Below are positions 39,597 through 53,917 of a DNA stretch of 64,000 nt, piece after piece (position 1 is the stretch's first letter; each line of letters starts with the position of its first letter). The stretch comes from Eledone cirrhosa (taxonomy: Eukaryota): the NCBI GenBank assembly GCA_964016885.1, contig OZ024740.1, positions 413,602,001-413,666,000 on the forward strand. Reading direction: 5' to 3'. The notes beneath the pieces were generated by a model. That model worked only from the letters and a program-made list of their open reading frames with translations, was not told the origin of the DNA and did not search any database. The position numbers were made by a program, and so were the translations under genes.

Positions 39597-40065
39597 AATA
39601 ATAATAATAAAAGTGATGTTGATGGTGATGATTACTAGAAAATGCTAGTTACATCATTTCTAAAAATAACAAAACAATTGATGCTTTGGATATTGATTAA
39701 TTATTGGTCGTTAGACATGCTCAACCAGCCGTGACGCTTAAACCAATCAGCTTTAGTAATTCAGTGAAACTACACACCGATTGGTCGAAATACAGTTTGC
39801 AAGATTTAGCATTCTGGAGCCACTTTTCACTGTATATAAGGTACAAAATTTACCCATCTCATTACAGTTGAAAATTGCAAACTTGACTGTCACCACATAT
39901 TATGAAGCTGAAGATTGCGAAAGCATGAAAGTACTTGTTCAATTAACACTTAGAATTTAATATTCTATCATACTATTTCATTATAATACCATTATAAATT
40001 TTAAAGGATTGTAAATAAAACGAGTAAATCAGACAAAGTTGGAATTCCTCTTATTAATATAATCT
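37024..40065 (+). mobile_element. Near full-length Penelope-like element (RT ORF 37323-39248; frameshifted GIY-YIG to about 39500; degenerate HHR at 39903-39941)
   Basis: LSKGLNF, ADKGG, LRPII, SFDVVSLYTNI, GTAMGT..AP, RYLDD, LPFLD, C..RCGTC; CPNCEELYVGQTG. Confidence 0.93.
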
Positions 40066-40127
40066 TCTATACACAATCATACACACCCGTGTATATTTAT
40101 GTATCTATATATATATATATATATATA

Positions 40128-43100
40128 ATCTAGCTGTCGTCTGTTCTACAGCGTAGATGTAATTCACTTCGCGCAGAAGTTTTGTTCCAATTTATTGCGG
40201 AAATTTTGTAAGTTCAATTTTAATTTTGATACTATTGTCTAACTTGACCACCCGTCTGAACTGTCAGGCGGTGGGTCAGCTCATCTTCGCCCCTCCCAGG
40301 GGTGAAAAACCTGTTTTTAAAAATTTTGTGGCATAAAAAATTCAATCGTCTGACAGAAATGTTAAACGAAGCTAACGAAAATAGTGGGGGGGGGGGAGAC
40401 AGCGATAAGAGTTGTAAGCTCGCACGCTTTAGTCCACCCTTCCTTCCCAACTAACGTCATAGAGAAGGAAAGAAAAAAGAAAAGAAAAACAGACGAATGT
40501 GCAGAGAAAAATGACGAAAACACAAATCTGGACATTGATTCCAACAACAACAAAAAATTTGAAAAATTGCATGACAATATTAATACCACAAACAAAGTCA
40601 CAACAAACGCAAAAATAACATTTGAAAACAACATCATAACAGAAAGCAAAGCAGACGACAAAGTCAACACCAATTATATTTCATTTGCACAAACAACAAA
40701 GAAATCTTTGACATATATACCTGAAAATATTTCAGATGTGGCACAAAGAATTATAAACGCCAAACAATACATAACTCAAGGGGTAAAATGGTATTTTATC
40801 GGTAAAAATGGCTCAAGAACTCACCAAAGACATTGAAAGTCGGACGGTCGTTTTCCGCACCATCAACAACATTTCTAAAAAACCTCAACAGCCAACACAA
40901 ACAGAAATCAAAGCAGTACTTACAGAAGTACTTAATGAAACCACTTTCCATAAGAAGAGACAAACTGTATGGAAGCCTAGCGATTATTATGAAGAACGAA
41001 TCGGCGGCAAAAAAAATGTGCTTTGTCGCCGATTCGTTCGACAAATTTTACCTTTTATCCATCTGATATGGGTAAAAGAACTCAGCGCATATGGCTGGAT
41101 GCAATGATGCCAGATGTGGACTACTGCTGGCTCATAGCTGGCTTCATCGATCCAGCGAATGACAACGTGATTTTCATTGGGAAAACCACAGGCAATGCGT
41201 TCAGTGGAACAGGTATAGAACTTGTAGTGCAAACGAAGCCTGAACGCATCGCCCAAATACCCGACAGAATCCTATTAGAGGGCCACGGGTATATAAACAT
41301 TAGCGTGGAGGGGAGAAGGCCGTCCTGTCATATCTGTGCAGGCAGAGGGCACCTGAAGGCGGCTTGTCCCGAACTCAACAAAAAGAAAACCCTGCTACCA
41401 ACACCAGCTCCACTACCACCACAACAGATAAACAAACAACAAAACTCAGTCCCACCCAACCGGTCCCTCAGTAAAACTACACCACCACAACAACACAAAC
41501 AGTCACAACACATTACCCAAAAACAAAACACAGTCCCACCCAACCCCTCACTCAATAAAACAACACAACCACCGCAGCCACAACACACAACACAGTCTAA
41601 CATAGTGACATCCATCTCCCCCACAAAGAAAAGCAACACGGAAACATTACCAGCAAACATACCTCTTCCCTCCAACACTGAAGATAACCCAACGCATTCG
41701 GAGGAAGAAACAGAGTCCTTCAGACAGATTAAAAGGAAAAAAAGAAAACATGTGCAAAACACACAAGGCCAAACAACCCCCACCCAAATGTCAACACAAT
41801 CCAACAAAACACAAAACACCCCTCCAGCAACAAACAAAACCAAACATGCCCCTCCCCTCTTCGAAAAACTCACACCATCCGAAAAAAAAGACATTACACT
41901 ATACTTACATCAACAGAAACAATAATAAATTAAATGAACTCATAAACAATAATCCTTCGGTACAAACCGAAGGTGCAAACTTTGTTTCTTCAGAAAACTA
42001 CCCACATTTAAAATTAATAAAGATCCCAATGAACCTCTACCAAAAACTAAAAAAGGATTTTAAGGAGGACGTAGGACCACCCTCTGTCAAACCCATAAAA
42101 TGCGTCCTACTAAAAAGCTTTCCCCCTCCCCTACCCCTCCCCAACACAACTCCAAACACCCCAACCCCACCACACACTGACGACCCCACACCACCACAAG
42201 ACACCACTTCACCCAACACCCCCGACCCCATGGAAGTCGTGCGACCCGAACCCCGGGAAAAAGAAACTTAGGTCTCTACACTCTCCTTTGGCTTTGCCGC
42301 CGACATGGATGTGTTAAGAGTAGGATGTTTGAATGCACGTGGCCTGGGCTCAACTTGGAAGCAAGCAAAGCTTCTAAATGACCTCAGGTCACGTGGTATA
42401 AATGTAATAGTTATCTGTGAGACTCGGATCAGCGTCGTGCTGCAGCTGGCCCCTACCTTCGATGACTTTGAGGTGCATGCATCTTTCTGTCAACCTGGAG
42501 GTGGGGGTGGGGTTGTCGTACTGCTGGAAAAACACCTGGGTCTCGCCGTACAGGTTGTTCACTCGGACCCGGAGGGTCTTTTATTGGTGCTAGACGTTGG
42601 CAGTAGTGAAGGTGCGGCCTTGAGACTGGTCGCCGTCTACTCCCCTTTCGGAGCTGAACGGCCCGACTTCTTCCAGCGTTTGGAGACTTTTCTGGGAACG
42701 TCGCGTTCCCTGCTTCTAGCGGGGGATTGGAATGACATCCTAGATGCACGTTGGGACTATGCAGGAGCATGTCCTAATAGAGGGGGGTGTAACAGCCTCA
42801 AGGGGTTACTCGACCGTTTTAACTTGGTCGATAGATATCGACTAGATTTTCCAACTGTGCCAACCTGGACTTGGATGAACCACAGTGGTCAATCTAGATC
42901 GTACTTAGATAGATTCTTAGTTAGAAGTAAGGATAGGGACATATTAAGCTGTCCAGAAATGCTCACGGTTGGTTATACGGATCACAAATTAGTGACCTGC
43001 GTAGTCAATCTCGAGAAAACACATAAACAGGGTCCCGGTTACTGGAAACTTAATTTGTCTTTACCGGCAAAAGAGACTTACAGAAACCGGATTAGCAGAT

Positions 43101-45916
43101 TAGTTAAGGAGAGGTTGACGGGTGCAATCATCAACAACCGATGGTGGGCATCTCACAAAAGAGAGATTAGAACAAAATCAATAAGTTATAGCAAGATGTT
43201 AGCTGCCGATAGGAATAGAAACGAGAAAGAATTAACAGGTAAATTAGAAGAGGCAATCAAGAGCGAAGATGTGGCCAGAGTGCTGGCGTCGAGGACGGCT
43301 TTGAACCAGTTTTTCGATGCAAAGCACGAAGGCTGCGTCATCCGAAGTAAAATACGTGCTCTAGGTAATAAGGGGGCCAAAGCCGTTGGCTGGGCCCGCG
43401 TGACAGAAGCTAAGAGTGGAAATCGATCCACCATCCGGTCTTCGCAAGACGAGGATGGACGGGTGATCCGGGAGCCTAAGCAGATGTGCGAGGCCTTTCA
43501 AAGGCACTTTGCCCAATTATTCGGGAGAGGCGAGGGTCCGGGCGGGAACGTGGATTTCGGTCCATACCTCGACGGCCTGCCGCGTCTCTCGAGCGAAGAG
43601 GCAGAGTCCTGCAAAGGACCAATCTCGGCTGATGAGATCGGGGATGCGCTGAGCCAATGCAGCAGACTCAAATCTCCAGGTCTCGATGGTATACCTTACG
43701 AACTTTATTTAGCAATGCCGGTCTTCTTCTCCGAACTCCTCGAAGCGGTCTACTGAAAAATGCAGCAGAACGGGAGAATTCCTTGCTCTGTAGCCAAGGG
43801 CGTAGTCTCGCTGGTGAGGAAGGACGAGAACAAGGGGGATAGTATAAATAATTTTCGGCCCATAACCCTGCTAAACACAGAGTTAAAGATTTTGGCCAAG
43901 GTGTTAGCAAAGAGGTTGGCGCTTGTCGTGGGTGGCCTGGTGGGAGATGCGCAGACATGTGTTATCCCATCCAGGTTCATTCACAATAACCTCCACCTCA
44001 TGCGATACATCATAGAGAGGGTTGGCAACAAACCCGGCTTCGGTGGGGCCCTGATCAACTTGGATCAGTCTAAGGCCTTCGATAGGGTCGACCATGGTTA
44101 CCTGGATGCGGTGCTAGCGGCGGCTGGGTTCGGTCCTGTTTTCAGAGGCTGGATCACTGCCTTACATAGCAACCACATCTGTTCTAGGATCAAGGTGAAC
44201 GGCTACCTTTCGAAGCCGTTCGAAATCACACGATCCATTCGACAGGGGTGCCCTCTCTCCTCCCTTTTGTACGTATTGACTCTCGAGCCTTTACTGAGGA
44301 AGTTGGAGTTGTTGCAGGGTATCCCGATGACGTAACAGTAATGGTATCGACTGACTCGGAGATCGAGGCGATCGGTACCTTACTGGAGGATTACGAAAGG
44401 TTGTCAGGAGCGAAACTGAATCGGGAAAAATCCATCGGGCTGCAACTCGGAACGTGGAGAGGCAGACCGATGCCTCCCGACTGTGTCGTCGGACACTGGA
44501 CGGAGGGCCCGGTGAAGTTGCTTGGGGCCTAGTTTGGACCGGACCTCCAGGTGAAAAAGAACTGGGACGAGGTTACGAACAAGGTGTTTGCACTAACCCA
44601 GAAATGGGCCAAGTGTAAGCTGTCCCTAAAAGGTCGGGCTGAGGTGGCGAACATTTACATAGCCTCGGTCACTTACTACCGCCTGACTGTCGTGCCTTGC
44701 CCTAAGGAAACACTCACCACCATGGAACGCCTGCTCTTCCAATTTCTTTGGAAGAAGCGCCCTCCTATGGTGAGAAGAACCATCTGCTGCCAACAACCTT
44801 CGAAAGGAGCGCTGGGGATGCCGTCGTTGATGATGCGTAGGCACGCATTAAGGCTCCGGCACCTACAGGTATTCCTCACTGGTCAACCGGTGTGGGCTCC
44901 GTTCGTGAAACGAGCCTTTCCGAGACTCGTCTCGCTCACCGAGCTGCAGTCCTGAGTCAAGCAAAGATCCGGAAAACTGGGAGACTGGCACACTGAGTGT
45001 GCCCAGGCGCTCAGAGCTCTCTGGCAAGCGGGCCAGGCCATCGATGGAGAATCCACCTCATCATTCTATAGAGGGCTGGTGGCTAGCAGGGGCGATGACA
45101 CCCTTGGAGAATCGCTGGACATGGAAGAGGACGAACTGGCCAGCCTGTTCGGTAGGACGTTCGGCCCGGGACCAATGGACAACTTCCAGAAGTCACTAGC
45201 CTGGCAGTGCTACCGGGCGGCTCTACCCGTTTGAGAGAGGCTCTACAGACACGGGCGCCCGGGCAGGGATCCCTCGAAAAAGATTTGCCCTAGATACGTG
45301 CGTCACGAAGAAACCGTTGCGCACGCATTGGTGCAATGTCCGGGCGTGGCTGATCTGTGGGGCTACGCCGAACGACTGCTGTCGCCGGTGGCGCCGATTC
45401 GATTGACCGCCGAGTCCGTGATGACAATCAAGCCGCCTCCCCTCTTTACAAAGGAAGCAAAGGTGGTTTTTCTGTGCGTAATAGCCACGTTGAAAGAGAT
45501 TGTTTGGTGGACACGATTGAAAGGTCTGAGGTCAGGCAACTTCCTCTCTGGCCATAGTCTGGTCTACTTCTTCCGATATCACTTCGGAAGAAGGATAAGA
45601 ATGGAGAGAGAGGTGCTTGGCCACAGGCAGTTTTATGAAAGGTGGGTGATAGTGGCGAGAATGGCTCGTGTAAATGGGCCTTCTCTGTATACCATCCTGT
45701 AGGTAAAGAAGTAAAGGAGAAGGGAGCACCTTCTCCATGTGCTCCCCGGGCAAAGGATTGCACACTTTTTCGGGGGGTGTGCAACCCCCATCACGTCCCC
45801 TCCCTTTTGAGGTTGTTCTCGATTATTTTCATTTTATACCCTTTTTACTCGATTTTATGTAAACTCCCCCTTTGTATTTGTGCCTTCTTTTTATGCCTTT
45901 ATGGTAAATAAAGAAA
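40128..45916 (+). mobile_element. Probably full-length Tx1-like (L1 clade) LINE inserted in (TA)n
   Basis: ORF1 remnants with CHICAGRGHLKAAC zinc knuckle; ORF2 from 42305 with APE (LNARGL, GDWN, SYLDR, TDHK), RT (KSPGLDG, FRPITLL, LDQSKAFD, QGCPLS, YPDD) and a C-terminal EETVAHALVQC; AATAAA then (TA)n; several stops and frameshifts. Confidence 0.92.
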
Positions 45917-45952
45917 TATATATATATATATATTAAAGAAATATATATATAC

Positions 45953-46039
<87 letters not shown>

Positions 46040-46042
<3 letters not shown>

Positions 46043-49000
46043 AGTAAGACGCCTCACGCTCCTTGATAGAACAACGCCGGTTGAGAACGCCAGAAAGAAA
46101 AGACAGACAGCCACTGGAAAGCCGACTGATCACACGCCAGAAACCAGCCTCTGTACAACACCATTGTTTGTGCTACATCAAAAAATAAACGTATATTTCA
46201 TCTCTAATTTCTGCTGTTATTATGTCACTTGCATCTCGATAACATCTACAACTAATACTGCTAAAGTGGTGACCGACGTAAGAATTTAACGCAGCCTTCT
46301 TTTTCATCAATTGAACTTTTATTGCCACATTGTCGGCCTTTTTTTTCGCAACTTGTGAAAATAAAAAATATTCCTTTTAAAATTATCGAAAAGTTAGTAG
46401 TATTTCAAAAGGGCGGTGGATTGGCACTATCGGTAGAGGGTCGGACGCCATGCTTTCAAGCATAGTTACGTCCCTTTACGATCTGAGTTCAAATCCCGCC
46501 GAGGTTGACTTTGCCTTTCATCCTTACGGGGTCGATAAAATAAAGTACCAGTAATGCACTGGTTAATTGCTGGCCTTGTGCCTAAAGTAGAAACAAGTAT
46601 TTCAAAAGACTTTTTGCTACACTCGACAACAACAACGACAGCAGCAGCAGCGACAACATTGTTTAACCACTGACCAAAACAGGGAATAGTGAGTGGCAGC
46701 TTCATAGCCTTACCGACGCAAACCACCACACATCGGAAATATCAAAACGATTCATTCGTGTCGATAATTTAGAGCAACTTTTTTTTATTCACTTGAATAT
46801 TCCATTTCCGTTGCCAACTTTTTCGCAACTTACAGAAAAAAAAAAGAAAAAAGTGTATTTTTCCAAGGTGGCGTTGCGTTCCTTCCCAGTTTTGTAACGG
46901 ACACATTTTTTGAATTGCGTGTGTGTTCCATGACTGATCAAGAGAGAAGAGACTAAACTTTTTTTTGTGAACATAACTGCCCCGCATGGGGATATACATG
47001 CCTTACCTTTTTCTAAGGGATTTTTAGCCACTGGCTACCTTTGTTGATATCCAACGCGGATATATTTAAAAAAACAAAACAAAACATTTTTTTTCTTCCT
47101 CTTTCTTTACCTTATTTGATTTGACTGGTTCGTTGAAGCAACGCGAGGGGACAGACGTTGAAGGAAAAATTTTTTTTTAAAAGATATATATCTGTATTTT
47201 ATGTATTTTGAATATTTCCTTATGTTTTGAATGTCTGTTTCTTTTTGCCCTTTAACTTTTTCTCAATATTGGCTGTTCTCTTTTCACTGTACAAGGGTGC
47301 ATTAATTGCTCTTTCGATATATAGGTATATATATTTGTTTTAATTTTAAAAGTTGACATGAATGTACCACATTTGCCCGCCTTTACTGGAAAACCTGGAA
47401 TGTGGTTTGCCCAGTTACAGGCGTATTTTACCGTGTAAGACCGAATCTGACCAGCGCCTCGCTGTACTGATTAGCGGCCTTCCCCCTAATCTAGCAGATT
47501 CGGTCCAAGACCTAATTACAGACCCCCCCCCTCTGACTTGACGTATGAGTTTTTGAAGGGCGAGATTTTGAGGAGGAATTGTAAGTCGGTAGAGAGTCGT
47601 TTTCGGTCACTGATCGAGGACGAACGATTAGGTGACAGGACACCTACCGCTTTTCTCCGGCATTTGCGGGATTTGAGCGATTCCCAAGATCAGGATAGCC
47701 CTTTCCTGAAGCAATTGTTCTTCTCTCGCCTACCTCAAGAGGTACAGGCGATCCTAGCCCAAATGCTAGAGGTGAATACCCTGGATCACATTGCTGTCTC
47801 TGCTGACAAAATTGTAGAGGTGACGAAGAGAGACACTTCGAAGCCAAAGTACGTTGCTTCCTCTTCTCTTCCTCAATCACGCTCATCAGCGTCTGATGAC
47901 AAATTAGTCACCACTATGGAAGCCATGACTCGTCAAATGGCGGAGTTGTGCACGGAATTCAGGTCCTTTGGACGGTAGAGGAGCCGCTCACGACGTTATT
48001 CAACTTCTCGCCACCGTAGCCCTTCCAACACACCAGGAACAACATATTGTTATTACCATGAAAGATATGGTAAAAAAGCCGCCCGTTGTAGGCCTCCTTG
48101 TGCTTACGAGGGAAAAGACGACCAGAGTCACTAACGGCGGATAGTGCGCTCTGCGAAACAACATCTAACCGCCACTTTTTCATTGAGGACCTGCTGTCAG
48201 GTAGAGCTTTTCTGGTTGACACAGGTGCAGCTTGTTCCGTATGGCCTGTGTGTTGTATGAAGGAGACTCCCCCTGAGACGCCTATTGAGTTGCAGGCAGT
48301 AAATTGTTCGCCGATTCGAACTTTCGGACAAATCTCGTTACCTTTGCAGTTTCGTTATCTGCGGCGCGAGTTTAAATGGATATTTACTGTCGCTGCCTTG
48401 CCGTATCCGATTCTAGGCGCGGATTTTCTCCACCATTTTTCATTGACGGTGGACCTTCGTGGTAAATGCCTAATTGATGGCATCACGGGATTAACTGTTG
48501 TTGGCAAGGCAGCAGGAGTTCCAACGGTTAGCCCGATATTTTTTCTTGCTAACACCGGTGATCCTTTCCATGCGTTGTTGAACTCGTTCCCGCAACTGAC
48601 ACAGGGGAATTTTCGATTTGATGAACCTACTCATACCACGGAGCACTTCGTATCTACAACTGGTGCTCCCGTTTTCTCTCGCCCTCGTCGCTTGCCTCCG
48701 GACAAACTCAAAGCAGCACGATCAGAATTTGATCATATGCTGCAAATGGGGATTATTCGTCCGTCCACGAGCCCATGGGCGTCCCCATTGCACATGGTAC
48801 CGAAAGCGAATGGCGATTGGAGACCTACTGGAGATTATCGACGCCTGAATTCGATAACGGTACCGGACCGTTATCCTATCCCTCATCTGCATGACTTTAC
48901 GTCTTCGTTGCAGGGATGCAAGATATTCTCCAAACTGGATTTAATTCGTGCGTACCATCAAATTCCTGTCCATAAAAATGACATTCCAAAAACGGCTATA

Positions 49001-50465
49001 GTTACGCCATTTGGGTCTTTCGAGTTTTTGACTATGCCGTTCGGATTAAGGAATGCCGCTAGTACTTTTCAGCGGTTTATGGATGAGGTTACTCGCGGCC
49101 TCGATTTCGTCTATACCTATATTGACGATCTGCTCATTGCTAGTTCTTCTCCAGAGCAGCATACGCACCATTTGAATCTTCTTTTCCGCCGATTGAAGGC
49201 GTATAACGTGCAGCTTAATGCACCCAAATGTGTTTTTGGTGCTGAGTCACTGACTTTCTTGGGTCACGTCATCGATGCTGACGGAATTCGACCCCGGCAT
49301 GAGCGAGTTAAGGTCATAGAGGATTTGCCCCCACCGACCTCACTACGTCAGTTACGCCAGTTCTTAGGTCTGGTTAACTTTTATAGGCGTTTCGTGCCAA
49401 ATTGTGCCAAGTTGCTTTTCTCCCTGACAGAAATTTTGAAAAATTGTCGGAGGAAGAACAAAGATATTTCTTTGACAGACACTCAACTTGCTGATTTTCA
49501 GCACGCCAAAACTGTTTTGGCTAATGCTTCGTTACTGACTCACCCGGTACCCGGTGCAAAGCTAACGCTTTGTGTTGATGCATCGGATATCGCTGTGGGC
49601 GCAGTACTACAGCAAAACATCAATGGTTACCAGCAACCGCTGGAGATTTTTCCAAAAAGCTAAATCCTGCTGAGACGCGCTACAGCACCTTTGGAAGAGA
49701 GCTTTTAGCCATCTATTTGGCCGTGAAACATTTTTCACATGTACTAGAGGGTAGACAATTTACTATCCTCACTGACCATAAACCATTGACTTTTGCTTTG
49801 AGAGCGAAGGCTGATAAATACTCGCCCAGAGAGACGAGACACCTTGATTTCATCTCGCAATATACGAGTGATATCCAGCACATTCCGGGTTCACTAAATA
49901 CAGCGGCCGATGCTTTGTCCCGCTTACCCGTGACAGCGATCTCGTCATCCTCTGACATAGATCTGACTCGTTTGGCTGCGGATCAGCCTCCCCTTGAGTC
50001 ATTGGATGTCACATCGCCCGAGTTTGCGAATTGCGAGATGAAATACTTGCCTCTGTCGACTGCAGTTGGCCAAATTCTCTGCGACGTCTCTTTGGACGTG
50101 CCTAGGCCCTTCGTTCCAGAGAATCATCGTCGGACCGTGTTTCTGGGATTACATTGTATCTCGCATCCAGGATCTTCTGCCACAGCAAAGCTCATATCAG
50201 CTAGATTTTTCTGGCCAAATATGAGGCGTGAAATTGCTGCTTGGTGCCGTTCCTGCGTCGCTTGCCAGAGATCAAAGGTCCATCGACACGTCAAGGCTCC
50301 CCTGGGTACCTTTGCTAACCCAGATGCGCGTTTTTCGCATATTCATATTGACATAGTGGGACCTTGGCTTGTCAGCGATGGTTTTTCTTATCTACTTACC
50401 GTCATTGACCGTTTTTCGAGATGGCCTTAGGCCATCCCCTTGAAAAACATCACCGCGGAGACAAC

Positions 50466-50466
<1 letters not shown>
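46040..50466 (+). mobile_element. Gypsy LTR retrotransposon, CsRn1-like clade, 3'-truncated in the integrase
   Basis: 5' LTR from TGTAG to about 46265; tRNA-Trp-like PBS TGGTGACCGACGT at 46267; gag WFAQL and CYYH-x9-C-x3-C; protease LVDTGA; RT YIDD; RNase H DAS; integrase HHCC and DIVGP. Confidence 0.92.
46412..46595 (+). mobile_element. Full-length tRNA-derived SINE nested in the Gypsy leader, 13-bp TSD
   Basis: TGGCACTATCGG A box and GAGTTCAAATCC B box; AGTATTTCAAAAG at 46399-46411 and 46596-46608. Confidence 0.9.
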
Positions 50467-50538
<72 letters not shown>

Positions 50539-50699
50539 CGTGTGTATAGCTCGCCTTTGTCCATTCAGTGGGTTTATACGCCCCACTATAATTGGAAGCG
50601 ATCATAAGATCCCGTACCTCATTCGCTTCTAGAATGGGGTGGACCTCGTCAAATCGGATTAAAGAAACAATGTTTCCATTGGTATTTCCATTGCTGATA

Positions 50700-50842
50700 C
50701 TATCTACCACTCACAACTCCTGGCAGAAAGTGAAACGTGAAATAAACCGTCGTACTCAAGGACATAACGCATGTCCCGGTTCAGAAATCGAACTCGCAAC
50801 TTCACAAATGCGAATCCAATTCCCTAACTACTAGCCCACCCG
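50700..50842 (-). mobile_element. tRNA-derived SINE of a second family, decayed
   Basis: Minus strand GGGCTAGTAGTTAG..GAGTTCGATTTC..GTGTCCTTGAG-like body. Confidence 0.6.
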
Positions 50843-50895
50843 TATTCATTTTGTAGTCAATTTCATTTAGTCAAGCGAAGTCTTCTAAATAAATG

Positions 50896-51430
<535 letters not shown>

Positions 51431-51540
51431 ATTTAGGTTTGTTGTTTCACCACTGGATAGAACTGCTTTTCAGCTTCTTGGATTGTGTTTACCATTATTC
51501 CTCTATTATATTCCTTTATTAGATAACTTTTATGCAATTA

Positions 51541-51598
51541 ACATCTGATGATGTCACCAGGATACTACAGAACCTGGTCATTGAAATGTGTATAGTGT
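51541..51598 (+). ncRNA. Type-I HHR (same family as the 53443 palindrome)
   Basis: ACAU CUGAUGA UGUC ACCAGG..CCUGGU CAUU GAAA UGUGUA UA GUGU. Confidence 0.6.
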
Positions 51599-51683
51599 GT
51601 GTAATAAATCTTTAAAGGAATTTCACTAGTTCAGCCTAGTTTTACTCAATAATTATATATATATATGTATGTGTGTGTGTGTC

Positions 51684-51747
<64 letters not shown>

Positions 51748-53118
51748 CGCGCGCACATATGTGGTGTGTATGTGTGTGAGTGTGCATGTGTGCGTGCGTG
51801 CGTGATGGTATCTGTATATTTGAATTGCTACTAAAATGCTATTGATTATCTAGACATAGAAAGGGTTAGTTTATATGAACTAATATGCGTTAGGAAGTAT
51901 TCCATCTCAGCTCGTACAAAGCTTAACTGTTTGTCTTTGATATATTTATGCAGGAGCTAGAGATGATGATTGACATAAATCTATAATTAAGAAGAAAGAT
52001 TGCTTTGCAAGTGTTGTACATCGTATTTAATAGCCTATATATGTGTGTGTGTGTGTGTTGCGCTGTGTTTGTGTGTGTGTTGTGTGTTGTGTGTTGTGTG
52101 TGTGACTGTATATATATTTATCGGCTTTTTTATTTTCATTATATATTGCTAAACTTCCTTTATGTTTTCCACTAAATATTTGAATATATATTTGTACATT
52201 TGTTTGTGTAGAGGTGTGTATGTGTATGTTTATGTGTGAACCATGTTTTTCAATATATGTACACGTATATATATACAGATATTCCGTATTGTCTAAGGTA
52301 CTAAAAAATCTATCTCTATCAATAAATATTTTCACTTTTCTCTTAACTTTGGTCATTTCTTATTTCAGCGTAAACATAACATTAAAACAATGGAGGCTTT
52401 AAATCAAATACTAAATATTTCCGTATATTCAACTTATCGTTGTGTATTTTAGTAAACATTATTAATGATTGAAAGGTTATACAAAAATGCGTTTCCTTCT
52501 ATAAACATGAAAGTGTAGTATTTTATTGTGGGAGAAACGCAGTAAAATTGGTTCGATATGTTGTTGTATTTACCCGTTTAGAGGTTTTGTTCTTTATATG
52601 AATACATGATATTTTTGGCACGAATTGTTCTCTCACTTAGCTAAAAATATATTGCAGTCTTCCTCTTTATGTGTCTTTACAGATTTCGATAGAATAAGGT
52701 CTTTCTCAGTCATTGACACAGATTTTGTATAAACCGATCGAAGTAAAAATCTTTAAGTAGTTCCCCCATGTTATAGTATTGTAATTTAGGCATACAATCA
52801 AATGCATGTCAGCTATTATCAATTTATCTTTCTCAGCTACGGTATATAGAATATCCATGTTTTTCAAATTCAATAGTTTGTGATTTGCTTTTGTTCTTTT
52901 GTTTTTTTCGCTAAATGTCGACTGACAGTGTAAACATTCTATTACAAGCATGTAGTGACACTTTCGTCTTTTTATTCAACAGATTAAATGATAACACAAG
53001 CAACCATTTTCTTTAAGAAAGAGAGGTAATTTTCATTGAATTAAAAATGTTTGTCCTATTCTGGAAAAATTTATTTTACTCATCGTCTCTTTGGCTTCGA
53101 CACAAATAGTATAAAGAA

Positions 53119-53161
<43 letters not shown>

Positions 53162-53170
53162 GGGGGGGGG

Positions 53171-53225
<55 letters not shown>

Positions 53226-53232
53226 CACACAA

Positions 53233-53303
<71 letters not shown>

Positions 53304-53442
53304 GATTTGTAGGTTCACCACTGGATAGAACTGGTCATTCCGTATGGTCTACCTCGATGTATATTAAGGAGAGCACTCAACGTAATGCAACTCACCCGTC
53401 TTCGTTTGTGTAGTTGGTGTTGCGAGAACGGAGTTAATTATT

Positions 53443-53800
53443 ATAAAATAACAGGAGGCTGGACTGGTGTAATCACTTAAAAGTTTTATTATACTATGAT
53501 CATTTCAATGAACGGGTTCAGTATGAATCCGGTGACATCATCAGGTAATCGAAATATAACAAAGGAATATAATAGACAAAATCCTCAGAGGGTGACCGAC
53601 CGGGGGTAGAAACTGCTAAATGTCCGGTCGCCCTCATATCTCTGAATTTCAGCCCCATGGATTTTGTCTATTATATTCCTTAGTTATATTTCGAATACCT
53701 GATGATGTCACCGGTTTCATACAGAACCCTGTCATGGAAATGGTCATAGTATAATAAACCTATTACGTAATTACACCAGTCCAGCCTCCTGTTATTTTAT
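53443..53800. mobile_element. MITE-like fold-back with 142-bp arms, each carrying an HHR (53491-53548 minus, 53695-53752 plus)
   Basis: Arms 53443-53584 and 53659-53800; AUAC CUGAUGA..GAAA UG(A/G)UCA UA GUAU. Confidence 0.8.
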
Positions 53801-53872
53801 TATATATATATATATGTGTGTGGGTGTGTGTGGGTGTGAGTGGGTGTGTGTGTGTGTGAGTGGGTGGGTGTG

Positions 53873-53912
<40 letters not shown>

Positions 53913-53917
53913 ATGTG

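Noticed and set aside
46412-46500. tRNA-like A and B boxes
   Set aside because: Part of a SINE with TSD and a multicopy tail; no cloverleaf
52706-52951. ORF faintly like a GIY-YIG C-terminus
   Set aside because: Too degenerate to support a call
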